From a virus (Duplodnaviria; Caudoviricetes): a DNA stretch of 52,785 bases. Below are positions 29,553-39,564 of this stretch, piece by piece. The notes under the pieces were generated by a model. It was not told where the DNA came from. It searched no databases and saw only the letters and a program-made list of their open reading frames with translations. Position 1 is the stretch's first letter. The number at the start of each line of letters is the position of its first letter. Location: the IMG/VR virus record IMGVR_UViG_3300035145_002598, positions 1 through 52,785 of that record; one strand, given 5' to 3'. Position numbers and translations under genes: made by a program.

Positions 29553-30028
29553 CCGATCCTCACGATCTTGATGCAGGGCTCTCCATAGGTCGCAGATAAT
29601 GAGAGATTCGCGACCCCCACCTCAGCCGTTACGCGGGGATACACTGTCAGCGTTGAGTTAGCCCCAAAGTCACTCGCGAGGATTAGCGCGCGCGTCACTT
29701 TGCGTGTTTGGCGTAGTTCGTTTCGGAGACCGCTTCCATGCCTAGCGCAAACGGCCTCCTGCCCCACATATGCAGAGTCTGTTTCGTTATACCATTGAGC
29801 AGTATAGCCCCCGCTTTGAGACGTCGAGTAGACAGTTAGGTGACACTCAAGCATCCACGAGTAACCGCTTGATATCACGAGCTTATTAGAGCTCAGCGAC
29901 AGACCGGTCATCGATGGAGCGACACTCGTTCCGATGACCATTCCAACGCTGACGGCGCCCGTGTTACACACTAGAATGTCTGTCGCTACATTGTCGCAGT
30001 GGGTTGTATTCGCTGATAGATTAGTCAT
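29549..30028 (-). CDS. Small beta-rich protein, possible fibre tip or receptor-binding subunit
   Basis: Coupled downstream of the fibre gene; Ser/Thr/Gly-rich beta pattern; atypical base composition. Confidence 0.45.
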   Translation of the reverse strand: MTNLSANTTHCDNVATDILVCNTGAVSVGMVIGTSVAPSMTGLSLSSNKLVISSGYSWMLECHLTVYSTSQSGGYTAQWYNETDSAYVGQEAVCARHGSGLRNELRQTRKVTRALILASDFGANSTLTVYPRVTAEVGVANLSLSATYGEPCIKIVRIG

Positions 30029-30428
30029 GGATCACAGCCCCCAAGACGCAATCACCAATATTCACAGTGCAATTTGTCAAGCTGAGCCCCTGCCCCTGCG
30101 GGCTCAGTCCTGAGCCTCTCCCCCAAAACTCATCACGTGCAATCACGCTAGACGTTGAGCTTAACGGAACCTGTCGTGATTTGTCCACCGACCCCGACGA
30201 ACCAGCGAAAGCCGACGCGAACTGAATGGCGTTTCCAGAACCACTATAGATCACATCACACAACGCGATGAAACCATGACCGTTCACGCTCGTCAGATCC
30301 TTGTTTTCGTATCGGCTCGCGCCGACGACTGAGCGCCCTAAATCTAGGTCGACTGTCTGATTGCTCCCAACACTCGTCGTAGCGTTGTTGATACGCATCA
30401 CGATCGCGCTGGATGGTGAATAACTCAT
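30021..30428 (-). CDS. Small beta-rich protein, possible fibre tip or receptor-binding subunit
   Basis: Starts MSYSP, like the neighbouring MSYLP; atypical base composition. Confidence 0.45.
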   Translation of the reverse strand: MSYSPSSAIVMRINNATTSVGSNQTVDLDLGRSVVGASRYENKDLTSVNGHGFIALCDVIYSGSGNAIQFASAFAGSSGSVDKSRQVPLSSTSSVIARDEFWGRGSGLSPQGQGLSLTNCTVNIGDCVLGAVIHD

Positions 30429-30429
30429 C

Positions 30430-30870
30430 TCAATAAGCCTCCAAAATCTGAAGAGTAAACGCGGGGTTCGCGGTGAACGTTGCCCCGTTGTGCGTGTTTC
30501 TCAGAGTAAGCTGTTGACTACCGTTGACGGGAACATTCACACAGATGAAGCCTGTCAGGTTGTAAGTCGCAGCTGTTGAGTTCCACGTGATCGGACTCTG
30601 ATCAGTGATCGCGACCCCGTTCTGACAGAACTCGAGCTTGAAGAAATCGCCCGACGCTGCTCTCGTTGTGTCGGGTGACGCGATCAGCCAAAAGCTACCC
30701 GGCCCATCAAGCGTAATGTTCACGCCGCTCACCGTGTGGCGCTGTGTGCTCGATGTGGACCGCTTTGTCGTCGCGTCCCATGAGACATCATCGAGATACG
30801 CGATTGACTGAGATGTGATGGTGTACTCTGTGACTATGAGCTCAGCAGCTCTAGCAGGTAGATAACTCAT
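30430..30870 (-). CDS. Small beta-rich protein, possible fibre tip or receptor-binding subunit
   Basis: ATGA overlap with the fibre stop codon; jelly-roll-like pattern (NITLDGPGSFWLIAS...FTLQILE). Confidence 0.45.
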   Translation of the reverse strand: MSYLPARAAELIVTEYTITSQSIAYLDDVSWDATTKRSTSSTQRHTVSGVNITLDGPGSFWLIASPDTTRAASGDFFKLEFCQNGVAITDQSPITWNSTAATYNLTGFICVNVPVNGSQQLTLRNTHNGATFTANPAFTLQILEAY

Positions 30871-33800
30871 ACGATGTACCACGCGTCGTTCGTCGTATCA
30901 CATACGAGCGTAACACTTGAGTATTGCACGTTCATCGCGAGCGTCCCGTTCACGACCGTGTCGAGGCTGTCGCCCGTGTTCGGCGTGATCGTGAACGTGA
31001 CGTTCGAGACCGACTTAATGTCGATCAAGGTCCCGCTCGTCACGCTCGACGCTGCGGGGAGGTTCACGACACGATCCGCGGACGACGTGAAGATGTAGAC
31101 GATCCGCGCAGCGCTTGGAGCGCTAATCGTATAATCTGCGCTCAGGGTGAGGGGCGAGACTGTCGCGTGAGCGCTTCCCCCTCCTCCGGATTGAGCGACC
31201 CATGAGAGGACGCCCGAGCCGTCGGTCTGGAGCACGTCGTTCGCGTTGCCGTCGTTTACGGGGAGCGTGAGCGAGTACGAGCCCCCCGTACTAAGCGCCG
31301 TATGAGTCGGGCTCTTGATCGTGACGTGGTGTGAGTTCTGCTCGCAGTTGAGACGGATCGCGCCCTGATTGTTCCCGCCGGTCGTGTTCCCGAGGATGTT
31401 GACGACGCCCGTCCCATCGGGCGCGAGCTCGAGGTTCGCGTTCGACGTCGTGACAATATCGTGACCGTTGAGATCGAGGTTCGCGCCGAGCTGCGGGGAG
31501 GCGTCCTCGCTCAAGTTCTGGAGACGTAAGCCGAGCGCCGTGTCAATGCCGATGAGGTGATCGTCGACATTAACGTCCGCTGCTGTGTAGTTCGAGGGCG
31601 TCGCGTGATCTGCGTTGAGGTCGTCCGCGCTGAGAACCACGGGACCCGTCGCGCCGTTCACCGAATCGACGGGCGCGCTCTGCGGGTCTCCGATTAAGTA
31701 TTTCCCGTTAGTCGCTGAGCTCTTCCAACCGACGATCTTGATCCACTGCCCCGCCGAGACTGTGAGCGTCGTAACGTTCGTGTTACTCGCACCCCCGATG
31801 CCGTCGATCCCGTCCGTCGCGTTGATGATGATATCACCATCGACCGCGCGCCCGACCCACATCTCGAACGTCTCGACGACACTCCCTGTCGCTCCGGTCC
31901 CCGTGAGCACCGAGAGGATCGAGGGGAGCGTGAGCGTAAAGTTCCCCGTACTGCTCGCGCCGTACCACACGTTTAAGTCTGGCGCGTCGCTCGCTGATGG
32001 CGAGTACGAGCTGCTCGTGGTCGCGTAGATGTTGGGATTCGTTGAGCCCCCGACCGACGCGAGCGCGGAGTCGATGCCCGCGAGGTGTCCGTCGATATTC
32101 GCGTTCGAGGCGGTGTAGTTCACGGCTGTGTGATCCGCGAGTAAGTCGTCCGCGCTCGGAGTCCCTGAGAGATCCGAGTACGCGCCCGACGACGCGACCG
32201 TCGCGAGACCGAGCGTCGTGCGCTGAGCTGCTGCGTCGGCGTCGTCGAGCAACGCGCGACCCGCTGCCGTGATCGACGCGGTCGTGTAGGAGTCCGCGCC
32301 GTCGGTGTAGATGATCTCGTCGCCCGACGTCGTCAAGCCCGCGATCGACGTGAGTCCAGAGTCGAGAGGTTGATACGAGAGATCGTCATTAAACGAGCTC
32401 AGAGCGATCGAACTTAAAGCCGTCGGCACGCTTCGATTATTCGAGTCGCCCAAGAAGATCTTGCCGTCGTTGAGGTTCGGAGTCGCTGCGCTACGTCCCG
32501 CCCCGCCGACTTTGATGATCCCTTCGGTCGCGCTCGCGCGAACGACGCGCCCGATGTTTTGGATCAAGTTCGCCTCGCCCGCGGGCGCTGTGTTCGTGAG
32601 CTCCCCCGCGTTCGTCGCTGAGACGTAGAGCGTATCGCCCACGCTGAGCGAGAGCGTCGTCGTGTCGTACTCCGTCAGATTCCCAAACGAGATGATCTGG
32701 ACCTCGGCTTGGTCGTTGGCGCCACTCGCAGCGAGACCAAACGCGGGCATCGTGGAGGCGCTGTTCGCCTGCGCGAGCTTCACGGTGGGGACGTCACCCG
32801 AGACGCTGTGGATGTAGACGACGTCCCCCTTGTTGATCGCGACGCCCTGGTCGTTCTTCGCCTTGAATCTGATCGCGCCGTTAAGGTCCGAATAAGTTGA
32901 CACGTAGCGCGCAGACTCTGAGCCGATGGTGTGCGTCCCGTCGGCGTCGGGGATGAGGTCCGCGCCGATCGCGATGTCCCCCGTCCCGTCGGGGTCGAGC
33001 GTGACGTCCCCATTCGATCCGGTCGCCGAGGTGATCGCGTGACCATTCACGTCGAGCGGGTTCCCGAGCTGTGGGGATGTGTCCTCGACGATGTTCGAGA
33101 GCCCACCCGCAGCGACGACAGCAGCGGAGACAAACGCGGTCGTCGCGATCTGTTGCGTGTTCGTCCCCGCGGTCGCTGTGGGAGCCTCGGGAACGCCCGA
33201 GAACGTGGGGGACGCGAGCGGGGCGAGGAGACCGAGCGCGTTATCGATGCCGACGAGGTGATCGTCGATATTAACGTCCCCCGCTGTGTAGTTCGTAGGC
33301 GTCGCGTGATCTGCGTTGAGATCGTTCGCGCTCGGCTTGTTCGCGAGATCGTTGTAGTCTCCGGAGGTCGCGACGGTCGCGAGCGTCGGAGTCCCTGAGA
33401 GGTCCGCATATGCGCCAGAGGTCGCGACGGTCGCGAGCGCGGGAGCGTTCAAGAGATCGTTGTAGTCTCCGCTCGTCGCCACAGTCGCGAGCGCGGGAGC
33501 GTTCAAGAGATCGTTGTAGTCTCCGCTCGTAGCGACGGTCGCGAGCGTTGGGGTCCCTGAGAGATCCGCGTATGCGCCAGAGGTCGCGACAGTCGCGAGC
33601 GTCCCGAGCTTCGCGTCGAGCCCGCTCAGGTGAGTCGTAAGCGTGTCGCTGTTCGTCGCGGTGTAGTTCGTCGCGTTGTGATTTCCGGTGATCTCGTCGC
33701 TCGTTGAGGGGTCGACGTTGTCGATCCTGTCGAGCTTCGCGTCGCTGAACGTCCCGCCCATATCGGCGTTAACGATGATCGAGTCGCCCACGCTGTAGAC

Positions 33801-34079
33801 GACGCCCCCGCTCGTCCCACCGGTCGAGATCTTGTAGTAGTCGCCGAGCTCAGCGTTCGCGAGCGTCGTCCCGAAGTTCGCGACGTCGATCGACCCGCGA
33901 TAAATCAGACCGTTCGCGAGGCTTGAGATCTCGGCTTGCAGTCCCGCGGGCGTGACCGCGATCGCCTCGCTCGTGCCCCCCGCCTCTGCGATCGTCGCGA
34001 GTCTGACCTTCCCGCTCGTCGTGGTCGTCGCGTCGGGGACGCTCGCAGCTCCCCCGCCTTGTGTATAGATTACGCTCAT
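30867..34079 (-). CDS. Long tail fibre protein
   Basis: 1070 aa, rich in T/S/A/G/D/N; fibre motifs LAPLASPTFSGVPEAPTATAGTNTQQIATTAFV, EDTSPQLG (twice) and VLQTDGSGVLSW; internal repeats. Confidence 0.85.
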   Translation of the reverse strand: MSVIYTQGGGAASVPDATTTTSGKVRLATIAEAGGTSEAIAVTPAGLQAEISSLANGLIYRGSIDVANFGTTLANAELGDYYKISTGGTSGGVVYSVGDSIIVNADMGGTFSDAKLDRIDNVDPSTSDEITGNHNATNYTATNSDTLTTHLSGLDAKLGTLATVATSGAYADLSGTPTLATVATSGDYNDLLNAPALATVATSGDYNDLLNAPALATVATSGAYADLSGTPTLATVATSGDYNDLANKPSANDLNADHATPTNYTAGDVNIDDHLVGIDNALGLLAPLASPTFSGVPEAPTATAGTNTQQIATTAFVSAAVVAAGGLSNIVEDTSPQLGNPLDVNGHAITSATGSNGDVTLDPDGTGDIAIGADLIPDADGTHTIGSESARYVSTYSDLNGAIRFKAKNDQGVAINKGDVVYIHSVSGDVPTVKLAQANSASTMPAFGLAASGANDQAEVQIISFGNLTEYDTTTLSLSVGDTLYVSATNAGELTNTAPAGEANLIQNIGRVVRASATEGIIKVGGAGRSAATPNLNDGKIFLGDSNNRSVPTALSSIALSSFNDDLSYQPLDSGLTSIAGLTTSGDEIIYTDGADSYTTASITAAGRALLDDADAAAQRTTLGLATVASSGAYSDLSGTPSADDLLADHTAVNYTASNANIDGHLAGIDSALASVGGSTNPNIYATTSSSYSPSASDAPDLNVWYGASSTGNFTLTLPSILSVLTGTGATGSVVETFEMWVGRAVDGDIIINATDGIDGIGGASNTNVTTLTVSAGQWIKIVGWKSSATNGKYLIGDPQSAPVDSVNGATGPVVLSADDLNADHATPSNYTAADVNVDDHLIGIDTALGLRLQNLSEDASPQLGANLDLNGHDIVTTSNANLELAPDGTGVVNILGNTTGGNNQGAIRLNCEQNSHHVTIKSPTHTALSTGGSYSLTLPVNDGNANDVLQTDGSGVLSWVAQSGGGGSAHATVSPLTLSADYTISAPSAARIVYIFTSSADRVVNLPAASSVTSGTLIDIKSVSNVTFTITPNTGDSLDTVVNGTLAMNVQYSSVTLVCDTTNDAWYIV
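33330..33600 (-). repeat. Five tandem 54-bp (18-aa) repeats LATVATSG[AD]Y[AN]DLxxxP within the fibre gene
   Basis: Visible in protein and DNA; 33430-33476 and 33484-33530 are identical. Confidence 0.9.
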
Positions 34080-34409
34080 TTAGATACCTCGCTCCCAGAG
34101 TGTGACGTGTGCGGTGATGGTCGCGCCCCCCGTGGTCGCGACGGTGACGCGGATCGCCGAGAACAACGGCGCCTCCTTACCCGACAGCATGACGAGGTCG
34201 TCGGGCGTCGCGTCCGTGATGTGGCGCTTAAACTCGATGTGACCCGCGGGTCTAATGTCTACGTTGAACGTCGCGCCGACGGGTAAGTCCTCGACGCTGA
34301 CTTGCGCGTTCGCGGGGTAGCTGTCCATGCGCCATTTCGTGACGCTGTGATCGAACGTAACAGAGCCGTCGCCCGTCCGCTCGATCGAGATTGTTTTGTA
34401 TGTGCTCAT
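34080..34409 (-). CDS. Small beta-rich protein upstream of the fibre gene, probably structural
   Basis: ATG 34409 with GAGGAGG RBS; abuts the fibre start. Confidence 0.55.
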   Translation of the reverse strand: MSTYKTISIERTGDGSVTFDHSVTKWRMDSYPANAQVSVEDLPVGATFNVDIRPAGHIEFKRHITDATPDDLVMLSGKEAPLFSAIRVTVATTGGATITAHVTLWERGI

Positions 34410-34430
34410 CGATGAGTCCTCCTCGCGCGT

Positions 34431-34442
34431 AGTATAACACAC
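34431..34442 (-). promoter_or_regulatory. Putative late promoter (GTGTGTTATACT) for the fibre/lysis operon
   Basis: Same motif as 5518-5529; 21 nt upstream of ATG 34409. Confidence 0.55.
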
Positions 34443-34445
34443 GCG

Positions 34446-36107
34446 CTAGTGTGTCGTGTAATTGCCCTGAAGCGCCTCGCCCCACCAGATATCGAGCCCG
34501 TCGTCCGCCTCGTCCGCGTTGAGCACGTCACCCCGTTCGTCGTAAATCGCGCCCGTCGAGTCGACATAACTATGCGCGAAGCGGTCCCGCCGTAACACGC
34601 TGTGAGCGATCCACAGCGAGAGGACCGTGTCGTCATGTTTCTCTCTGCCGAGCCCCCAGAGCTCCGAGATCAAAGGCTCGATCATTCGGCGATCGTGCTC
34701 GGTGCGACTCGGGAGGATGACTTTCCCGTTTTCAAAGAGCACCGAGAGCGACGCGACACCGCTCCACGGGTCCGCTTTTTTCGCGCCCGTGGTCAGGTGT
34801 GGCACGATCGGGAGGTCCGTCGATTGCCGGAGCCCGACGTAGTGCATCTCGCCGAACGCGTTACGCTCGACCGCGATACTCGAGACGCGCCCCCTGAAGC
34901 GGTTGAACTCCTCGATCACAGCGGTGCGGAGCTGCGCGGGCGTGAGCCCTCGCCGTCTAAACATCCCGAGGAGGTAGTGATCGCCGGTGTCCAAGTCGCG
35001 CGCCCACGTCGTCCCGACCGTGTAATCCGTGTCTCGCGCTTCCGCGTCGCGTACTGATTGGACGAGCGAGAAGTCCCAACCTTGCACGATCTCGAGGCGC
35101 TCTACGTATGGCGGGATCTCGTACATCGAGAGCTCGGAGCCTCGAGCCTTCGCGTCGCTCAACCACTCGAACCGAAACGCGCTCGCGCTGTCGTCCTGCA
35201 CTTGGTGCTGAAACTCACGCGCGAAGAGCTGCGCGCCCATCGAGCGACGCTCTCGCAGGAGGTACTCGATCGGTCTCTCTTCGGGCCACAGCACGCGCGC
35301 CTCTCCTTGTATAGAGACACCGCAGATCACCTCGCGCCCGTCGCGCGTCTCGGTCTCGTACGCGTAGCTCTCCGGCATCTGCGCGACCGCGGGGTCCTCG
35401 ATCAGCGCCCACGAGGGATCATTGATCATGTCCCCGTACAAATCGTCGTAATGTTTACGCGTCCCGATGACCGCGATCAAACCCCCACGCGACAACATCG
35501 GGAGCACCGTCGCTTTAAACCATCTTTTGGTCTTCGCTCGCTGCGCGCTCGTGTGACAACTCATGTCACTCTCCAAGTCATCCGCGAGGATGAGGTCGAA
35601 GTGAGCTCCGGTCACAGCGCCCCCGCTACCGATCGCCGTGATCGTAGGATCGACGCTCTCGAGCTTGCGCGGGACATACACTTGCGTCTGTGTCCACGGC
35701 GTCTCCTCAGACTCGAACGGGGTGCAACCGCGCGCGGGATCGCTCGCCCAATCCGCGACGATGCGCTCCGATCGTAGCAGCGCTTTGACGCGCCTCATGC
35801 GCTTCTCAGCCTGCGACGCGCTCTCGCAGATCCAGAGGATACGGACGTCTCGATTCAAGCAGATCGCGCGTACTGCGTAAGTGATGGCAGCCTCGGTTTT
35901 GCCGTGGTCGCGTGGCGCGAGTACGAGCTGCCGTCCCTTGTCTCCCTGTTCGCGCGCACCTTCCCACGTTCGATCGAGTTGATCGAACCAGTTCGAGCGG
36001 TGCGACGCGTAACGCATCCCGCAATAGTACGTATCGTAAAACACGGGCGACACCGAGCTGAGCGCTCGTCGCTCGATCGCTGACGCGGGTAGTAATGGGC
36101 GTGACAT
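34446..36107 (-). CDS. terL: Terminase large subunit
   Basis: APRDHGKT (Walker A), GGAVTGAHFDLILADD (Walker B), IGTRKHYDDLYG, nuclease motifs QGWD, DYTV and KHDD. Confidence 0.92.
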   Translation of the reverse strand: MSRPLLPASAIERRALSSVSPVFYDTYYCGMRYASHRSNWFDQLDRTWEGAREQGDKGRQLVLAPRDHGKTEAAITYAVRAICLNRDVRILWICESASQAEKRMRRVKALLRSERIVADWASDPARGCTPFESEETPWTQTQVYVPRKLESVDPTITAIGSGGAVTGAHFDLILADDLESDMSCHTSAQRAKTKRWFKATVLPMLSRGGLIAVIGTRKHYDDLYGDMINDPSWALIEDPAVAQMPESYAYETETRDGREVICGVSIQGEARVLWPEERPIEYLLRERRSMGAQLFAREFQHQVQDDSASAFRFEWLSDAKARGSELSMYEIPPYVERLEIVQGWDFSLVQSVRDAEARDTDYTVGTTWARDLDTGDHYLLGMFRRRGLTPAQLRTAVIEEFNRFRGRVSSIAVERNAFGEMHYVGLRQSTDLPIVPHLTTGAKKADPWSGVASLSVLFENGKVILPSRTEHDRRMIEPLISELWGLGREKHDDTVLSLWIAHSVLRRDRFAHSYVDSTGAIYDERGDVLNADEADDGLDIWWGEALQGNYTTH

Positions 36108-36166
36108 CGTGCGCTCCTCGTGCTATGCGTTGCGCTGTTTTAACCATCGTACCACAGGATATTAAG

Positions 36167-36787
36167 ATGCCTTGCTTGACTCCGAAGATCGACCTCGCGC
36201 TCTGGTGCTTCACCGCGCTCATGAGCCTCCTACCCGCCGGAGCCTCTCCGAGCTATAGAGCGAAGTACACGCGCATCATGGAGGGGCGCGTCGGGCGCTG
36301 CGTCTCGATCGCTCACCGAGCCGAGCAGGAGGAGCTCGACCCGCTCATCGCGATCGCGGTCGGCGCCTACGAGTCAAAGTTCGACCCGACCGCGAAGTCC
36401 TCGAGGGGCGCCGTCGGGGTGATGCAGATGACCCCCGTCGCGTTGAAGACGTGGTGCTCGGCTCACTCGATCAGGACGGGCGCGCCGAGCTTCGACCCCT
36501 CGCTGTATGCGACACGAGAGGAGATCCGTCGCTGTGATCACATCGGGGCAGCGATTCGATATCTCAGATACGTCGACGCGAAAGCGCCGGACCTCTGCTC
36601 GGCGCTCGCGATGTACAACGGGGGGACGCGGGGGAGCTGCAGAGGTCGAGGGGGCGCTTATGGTCGAGCCGTCGTACGCTTGATGTCTAAGGCTCACGAC
36701 GAGGTCGTCGATCACTATCGTCTCCTCGACGTCATTCAAGCGCACTATGACCTAGACGACGAGCGCGCGGAGTGTGCGGACGACTAG
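36167..36787 (+). CDS. Lytic transglycosylase (SLT domain) with hydrophobic N-terminus
   Basis: YESKFDPTAKSSRGAVGVMQM (catalytic Glu, GxMQ), GAAIRYL, ALAMYNGG; start codon uncertain. Confidence 0.85.
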   Translation: MPCLTPKIDLALWCFTALMSLLPAGASPSYRAKYTRIMEGRVGRCVSIAHRAEQEELDPLIAIAVGAYESKFDPTAKSSRGAVGVMQMTPVALKTWCSAHSIRTGAPSFDPSLYATREEIRRCDHIGAAIRYLRYVDAKAPDLCSALAMYNGGTRGSCRGRGGAYGRAVVRLMSKAHDEVVDHYRLLDVIQAHYDLDDERAECADD

Positions 36788-38874
36788 ATCTCGCACGCAC
36801 CGCCAGGGCATGACGGCTCGAGCATCATGGTCGTGTTGTCGTCGTCCTCGATGACCGCGCTGTAGTCGATCGGCGTGTACTGCGCCTCGAGTTGACAGAA
36901 GTAGTTATACGCTTCGATCTTCGCCTCGCGGTGTGGGTCGTCCTCCGCGATCTCGTGGGGGAAGCGGATCGCTTGAAACGGGGCTTGAGGGTAGTCGTAA
37001 TCACCACTCGCGCCGAGCAACGACACGCCCCCGAACTCGGCGCGACCATTTAACAGCGTCTCCGCGACCTCATCCCACTCGTCCGCGCTCACGGTGCATG
37101 TGTTCGAGACGTTGTGTGTGAGCCCCTCGACGCTGTTCGAGCGCAGCGTGCCACGCTTAACCCACGTCCCTTGCACCTGCTTAACCCACGAGAGGAACTC
37201 CGTCGCGCTGAGGTCATCCCGTGTCAGCGCGTCCTCGGGTGCGGTGATCGCGAACGCGAGACAGAGGTCCTCGCCCGACGCGCTCCACACAGAGCGCTCG
37301 ACCGCTTGGGGGTTCGCAGAGGCGAACGCTTGAACGATCGGAGAGCTCGCGGGGACCTGTACCCGTCGGATGTAGCGTCGCGAGTGCTCCGGATGAACAC
37401 CGCTCGCGCATCCGAGGTTAACCGCAGCGTTACCCGACGGCTTGACGCAGGTGACTCGCGCGGGCGCTTTCGGGAGCCCGACGCGCTCCCACGACTGCTC
37501 GGCGGTGCGTCGCGCGATCGTGCTCAGGTGCTCGAGCAGGTGAGACTCGCGCGCCCAATCTGGAGCGGAGCCGAGACCCGTCAGAGAGACGCCGAGCAAA
37601 CACTCGCGCTCGAGGATCGCGCGCGTCGCTGTGTCTGCGAGATAGTCGCCGTCGGTCCCCGTGTAGGTCGCTTGGATCATGCCGAGGATCGTCGCGAGGT
37701 ACACCGCGCGCTCGGCGTCCTCGATCGTGCGCCACGCGCTCGCGTTGATCTCGCAGAGGTTGCAGAATTGGAACGCGGTCTCGTAGCTGTAGCCGTCGAG
37801 CTCCCACGCGTGACGGCGTGAGTCCTCGAGCATGTCGATCGTGTACTCGTCGACGATCTCGCCGTCGCGGCCCCTGATCAACGTCGGACACATCCCGATC
37901 TCGACGCACGGGTTGTAAGCGACCTCGAGGGAGTCGCACCAGATCACCGCGGGCTCACCATACGCGCGCGTCGCCCTGAAGATGCGATCGAAGTGTGCGC
38001 GCGCGTCGGGGTCGCTGCGTAGGATCATCGCGGAGATGTTCGCGCGCGCGCGATAGGGATACGCGTCCCACCAGTTCGGCGCGCTCTTGTATCCGATCAT
38101 CTCCTCGTCGTCGGGGCTGAACATGCAGAGCAGCGCAGAGCGACGCACGCCCCCCGCGAGCACGCAGTCCGCGAGGATGCACATCAGGTCGCTCGCGTCG
38201 ATGGGGCGTAGAGCGGAGCCCGCGCGCTCTTTAAGCAACGTCTCAGCGCGAGCGAGCGCGATGCGGAGAGGCTCGGGGCCGGGCGCTTTGCCTCCACACG
38301 ACGAGATCGGCGCGCCCTTCTCGCGAATCATCGAGAAGTCGAAATCAAAGAGCGGTGTGATGGGGTCCGTGTAGCTCCGCACGAGCCCCTTGAACGCGTT
38401 AGCCCATCCCTCGATCGTGTCGGGGATGCACCGATCGACGCGCGCTTTATCTGCGAGCGTGTCCTCGTCGAGGATCGGGGGGAGTTTGGCGACGTGATGC
38501 CTTTGCACTGAGTACCCGACGCCCGCTCCGCAGAGCAGAAGATAGAGCGCTTGTGCGAATCGATCCACGTGGTCCACGTAGCATGACGTGCAGTTGTAGC
38601 TCCGCGCGTGCTTTGCGAGCACCGCGTCCCCCCCGAACTGCAGCGAGCGCTGAGAGCCGAGGATGCGACGCTCGTTGATCAGGAGCTCGATCTCCTCGAG
38701 CTCGACGCTCAGCTCCTCGGCGCGCTCGCCGAGCTTGGTCCGGTGCATGCTCATCACGCGCGCGGTCGCTTCGCTCCACGTCTCCCGCCTCTTGAGCTCT
38801 GGTAAATAGCGCGCGTATTTCTGCGCAAAATTAAACGACGCGAGCGCGTCGCGTTGGGGGTTCTCAATCGTCAT
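36784..38874 (-). CDS. nrdJ: Class II (adenosylcobalamin-dependent) ribonucleotide reductase
   Basis: KYARY..RRETW, YNC, GGVRRSA, NPCVEI, CNLCEIN, TCVKPSG and C-terminal CPGGACEI; no NrdB gene in the window. Confidence 0.88.
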   Translation of the reverse strand: MTIENPQRDALASFNFAQKYARYLPELKRRETWSEATARVMSMHRTKLGERAEELSVELEEIELLINERRILGSQRSLQFGGDAVLAKHARSYNCTSCYVDHVDRFAQALYLLLCGAGVGYSVQRHHVAKLPPILDEDTLADKARVDRCIPDTIEGWANAFKGLVRSYTDPITPLFDFDFSMIREKGAPISSCGGKAPGPEPLRIALARAETLLKERAGSALRPIDASDLMCILADCVLAGGVRRSALLCMFSPDDEEMIGYKSAPNWWDAYPYRARANISAMILRSDPDARAHFDRIFRATRAYGEPAVIWCDSLEVAYNPCVEIGMCPTLIRGRDGEIVDEYTIDMLEDSRRHAWELDGYSYETAFQFCNLCEINASAWRTIEDAERAVYLATILGMIQATYTGTDGDYLADTATRAILERECLLGVSLTGLGSAPDWARESHLLEHLSTIARRTAEQSWERVGLPKAPARVTCVKPSGNAAVNLGCASGVHPEHSRRYIRRVQVPASSPIVQAFASANPQAVERSVWSASGEDLCLAFAITAPEDALTRDDLSATEFLSWVKQVQGTWVKRGTLRSNSVEGLTHNVSNTCTVSADEWDEVAETLLNGRAEFGGVSLLGASGDYDYPQAPFQAIRFPHEIAEDDPHREAKIEAYNYFCQLEAQYTPIDYSAVIEDDDNTTMMLEPSCPGGACEI

Positions 38875-39499
38875 CTCTCGTCTCTTCCGTATCATCACCG
38901 TCTCGCGTCGCGAGATACCTATCCGCTGCGCGTATCGCGTCATCTAGTACCGCGAGGAAATCAGGGAGCCCATGCTCGTTTAACGGCACGTGGACGCCTT
39001 GCACCTCTAGATCGTGCGCGTTGAGGCTCCGTTTTTTGTCATGCGTCCACGCACGATAATCGATGAGATACCACGCCTCGGCGATTCGGACAAGTACGAG
39101 CGCGAGGTGTCCCCAGTAGCTCATACGAGTGAGGTCCATCGCTTGCGCCTCGCCGACACACGACAGCGTGACGCGGTTTCCTTTGCGCGACTTGACCTCG
39201 AGGAGACCGGCGCGCCCGTCCGCTAACCAGAGCTCGAAATCGGGACCACTCGCTCCGATGTTCACCGCCTTAAAGAGCCCGTTTTTACCCGCTCCCCCGA
39301 CGCGCTTATAAGGCTCGTATCTCTTACGCACGCGCGCTCGTAAACGAGCCTCGTAGTGTACGCCGATCTGCTCGACTAGATACTCCGCGTTAGCGCCTGA
39401 GCGCTGCGCTTCGCGGTTTACGTCGCTCGTTCGATTGCTGCGTGATGGTGGTCGTCGTCTCATGTATGGGGCGTACTCTCTGCGTCTGCGTCGTGTCAT
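38864..39499 (-). CDS. RecU-like Holliday junction resolvase
   Basis: GANAE...PDFE...LLEVKS PD-(D/E)XK pattern with RecU-like spacing; start uncertain. Confidence 0.7.
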   Translation of the reverse strand: MTRRRRREYAPYMRRRPPSRSNRTSDVNREAQRSGANAEYLVEQIGVHYEARLRARVRKRYEPYKRVGGAGKNGLFKAVNIGASGPDFELWLADGRAGLLEVKSRKGNRVTLSCVGEAQAMDLTRMSYWGHLALVLVRIAEAWYLIDYRAWTHDKKRSLNAHDLEVQGVHVPLNEHGLPDFLAVLDDAIRAADRYLATRDGDDTEETRDDD

Positions 39500-39564
39500 C
39501 GTTGCGTCTCGCCGTGGGTTGGTCTACGCTCGCCGAGACGAGCATCACGAGAGGAGATTAACAC

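Noticed and set aside
29549-34079. Diversity-generating retroelement or invertible fibre cassette
   Set aside because: No reverse transcriptase, no template/variable repeat pair differing at adenines, and no flanking inverted sites seen; the recombinase is far away
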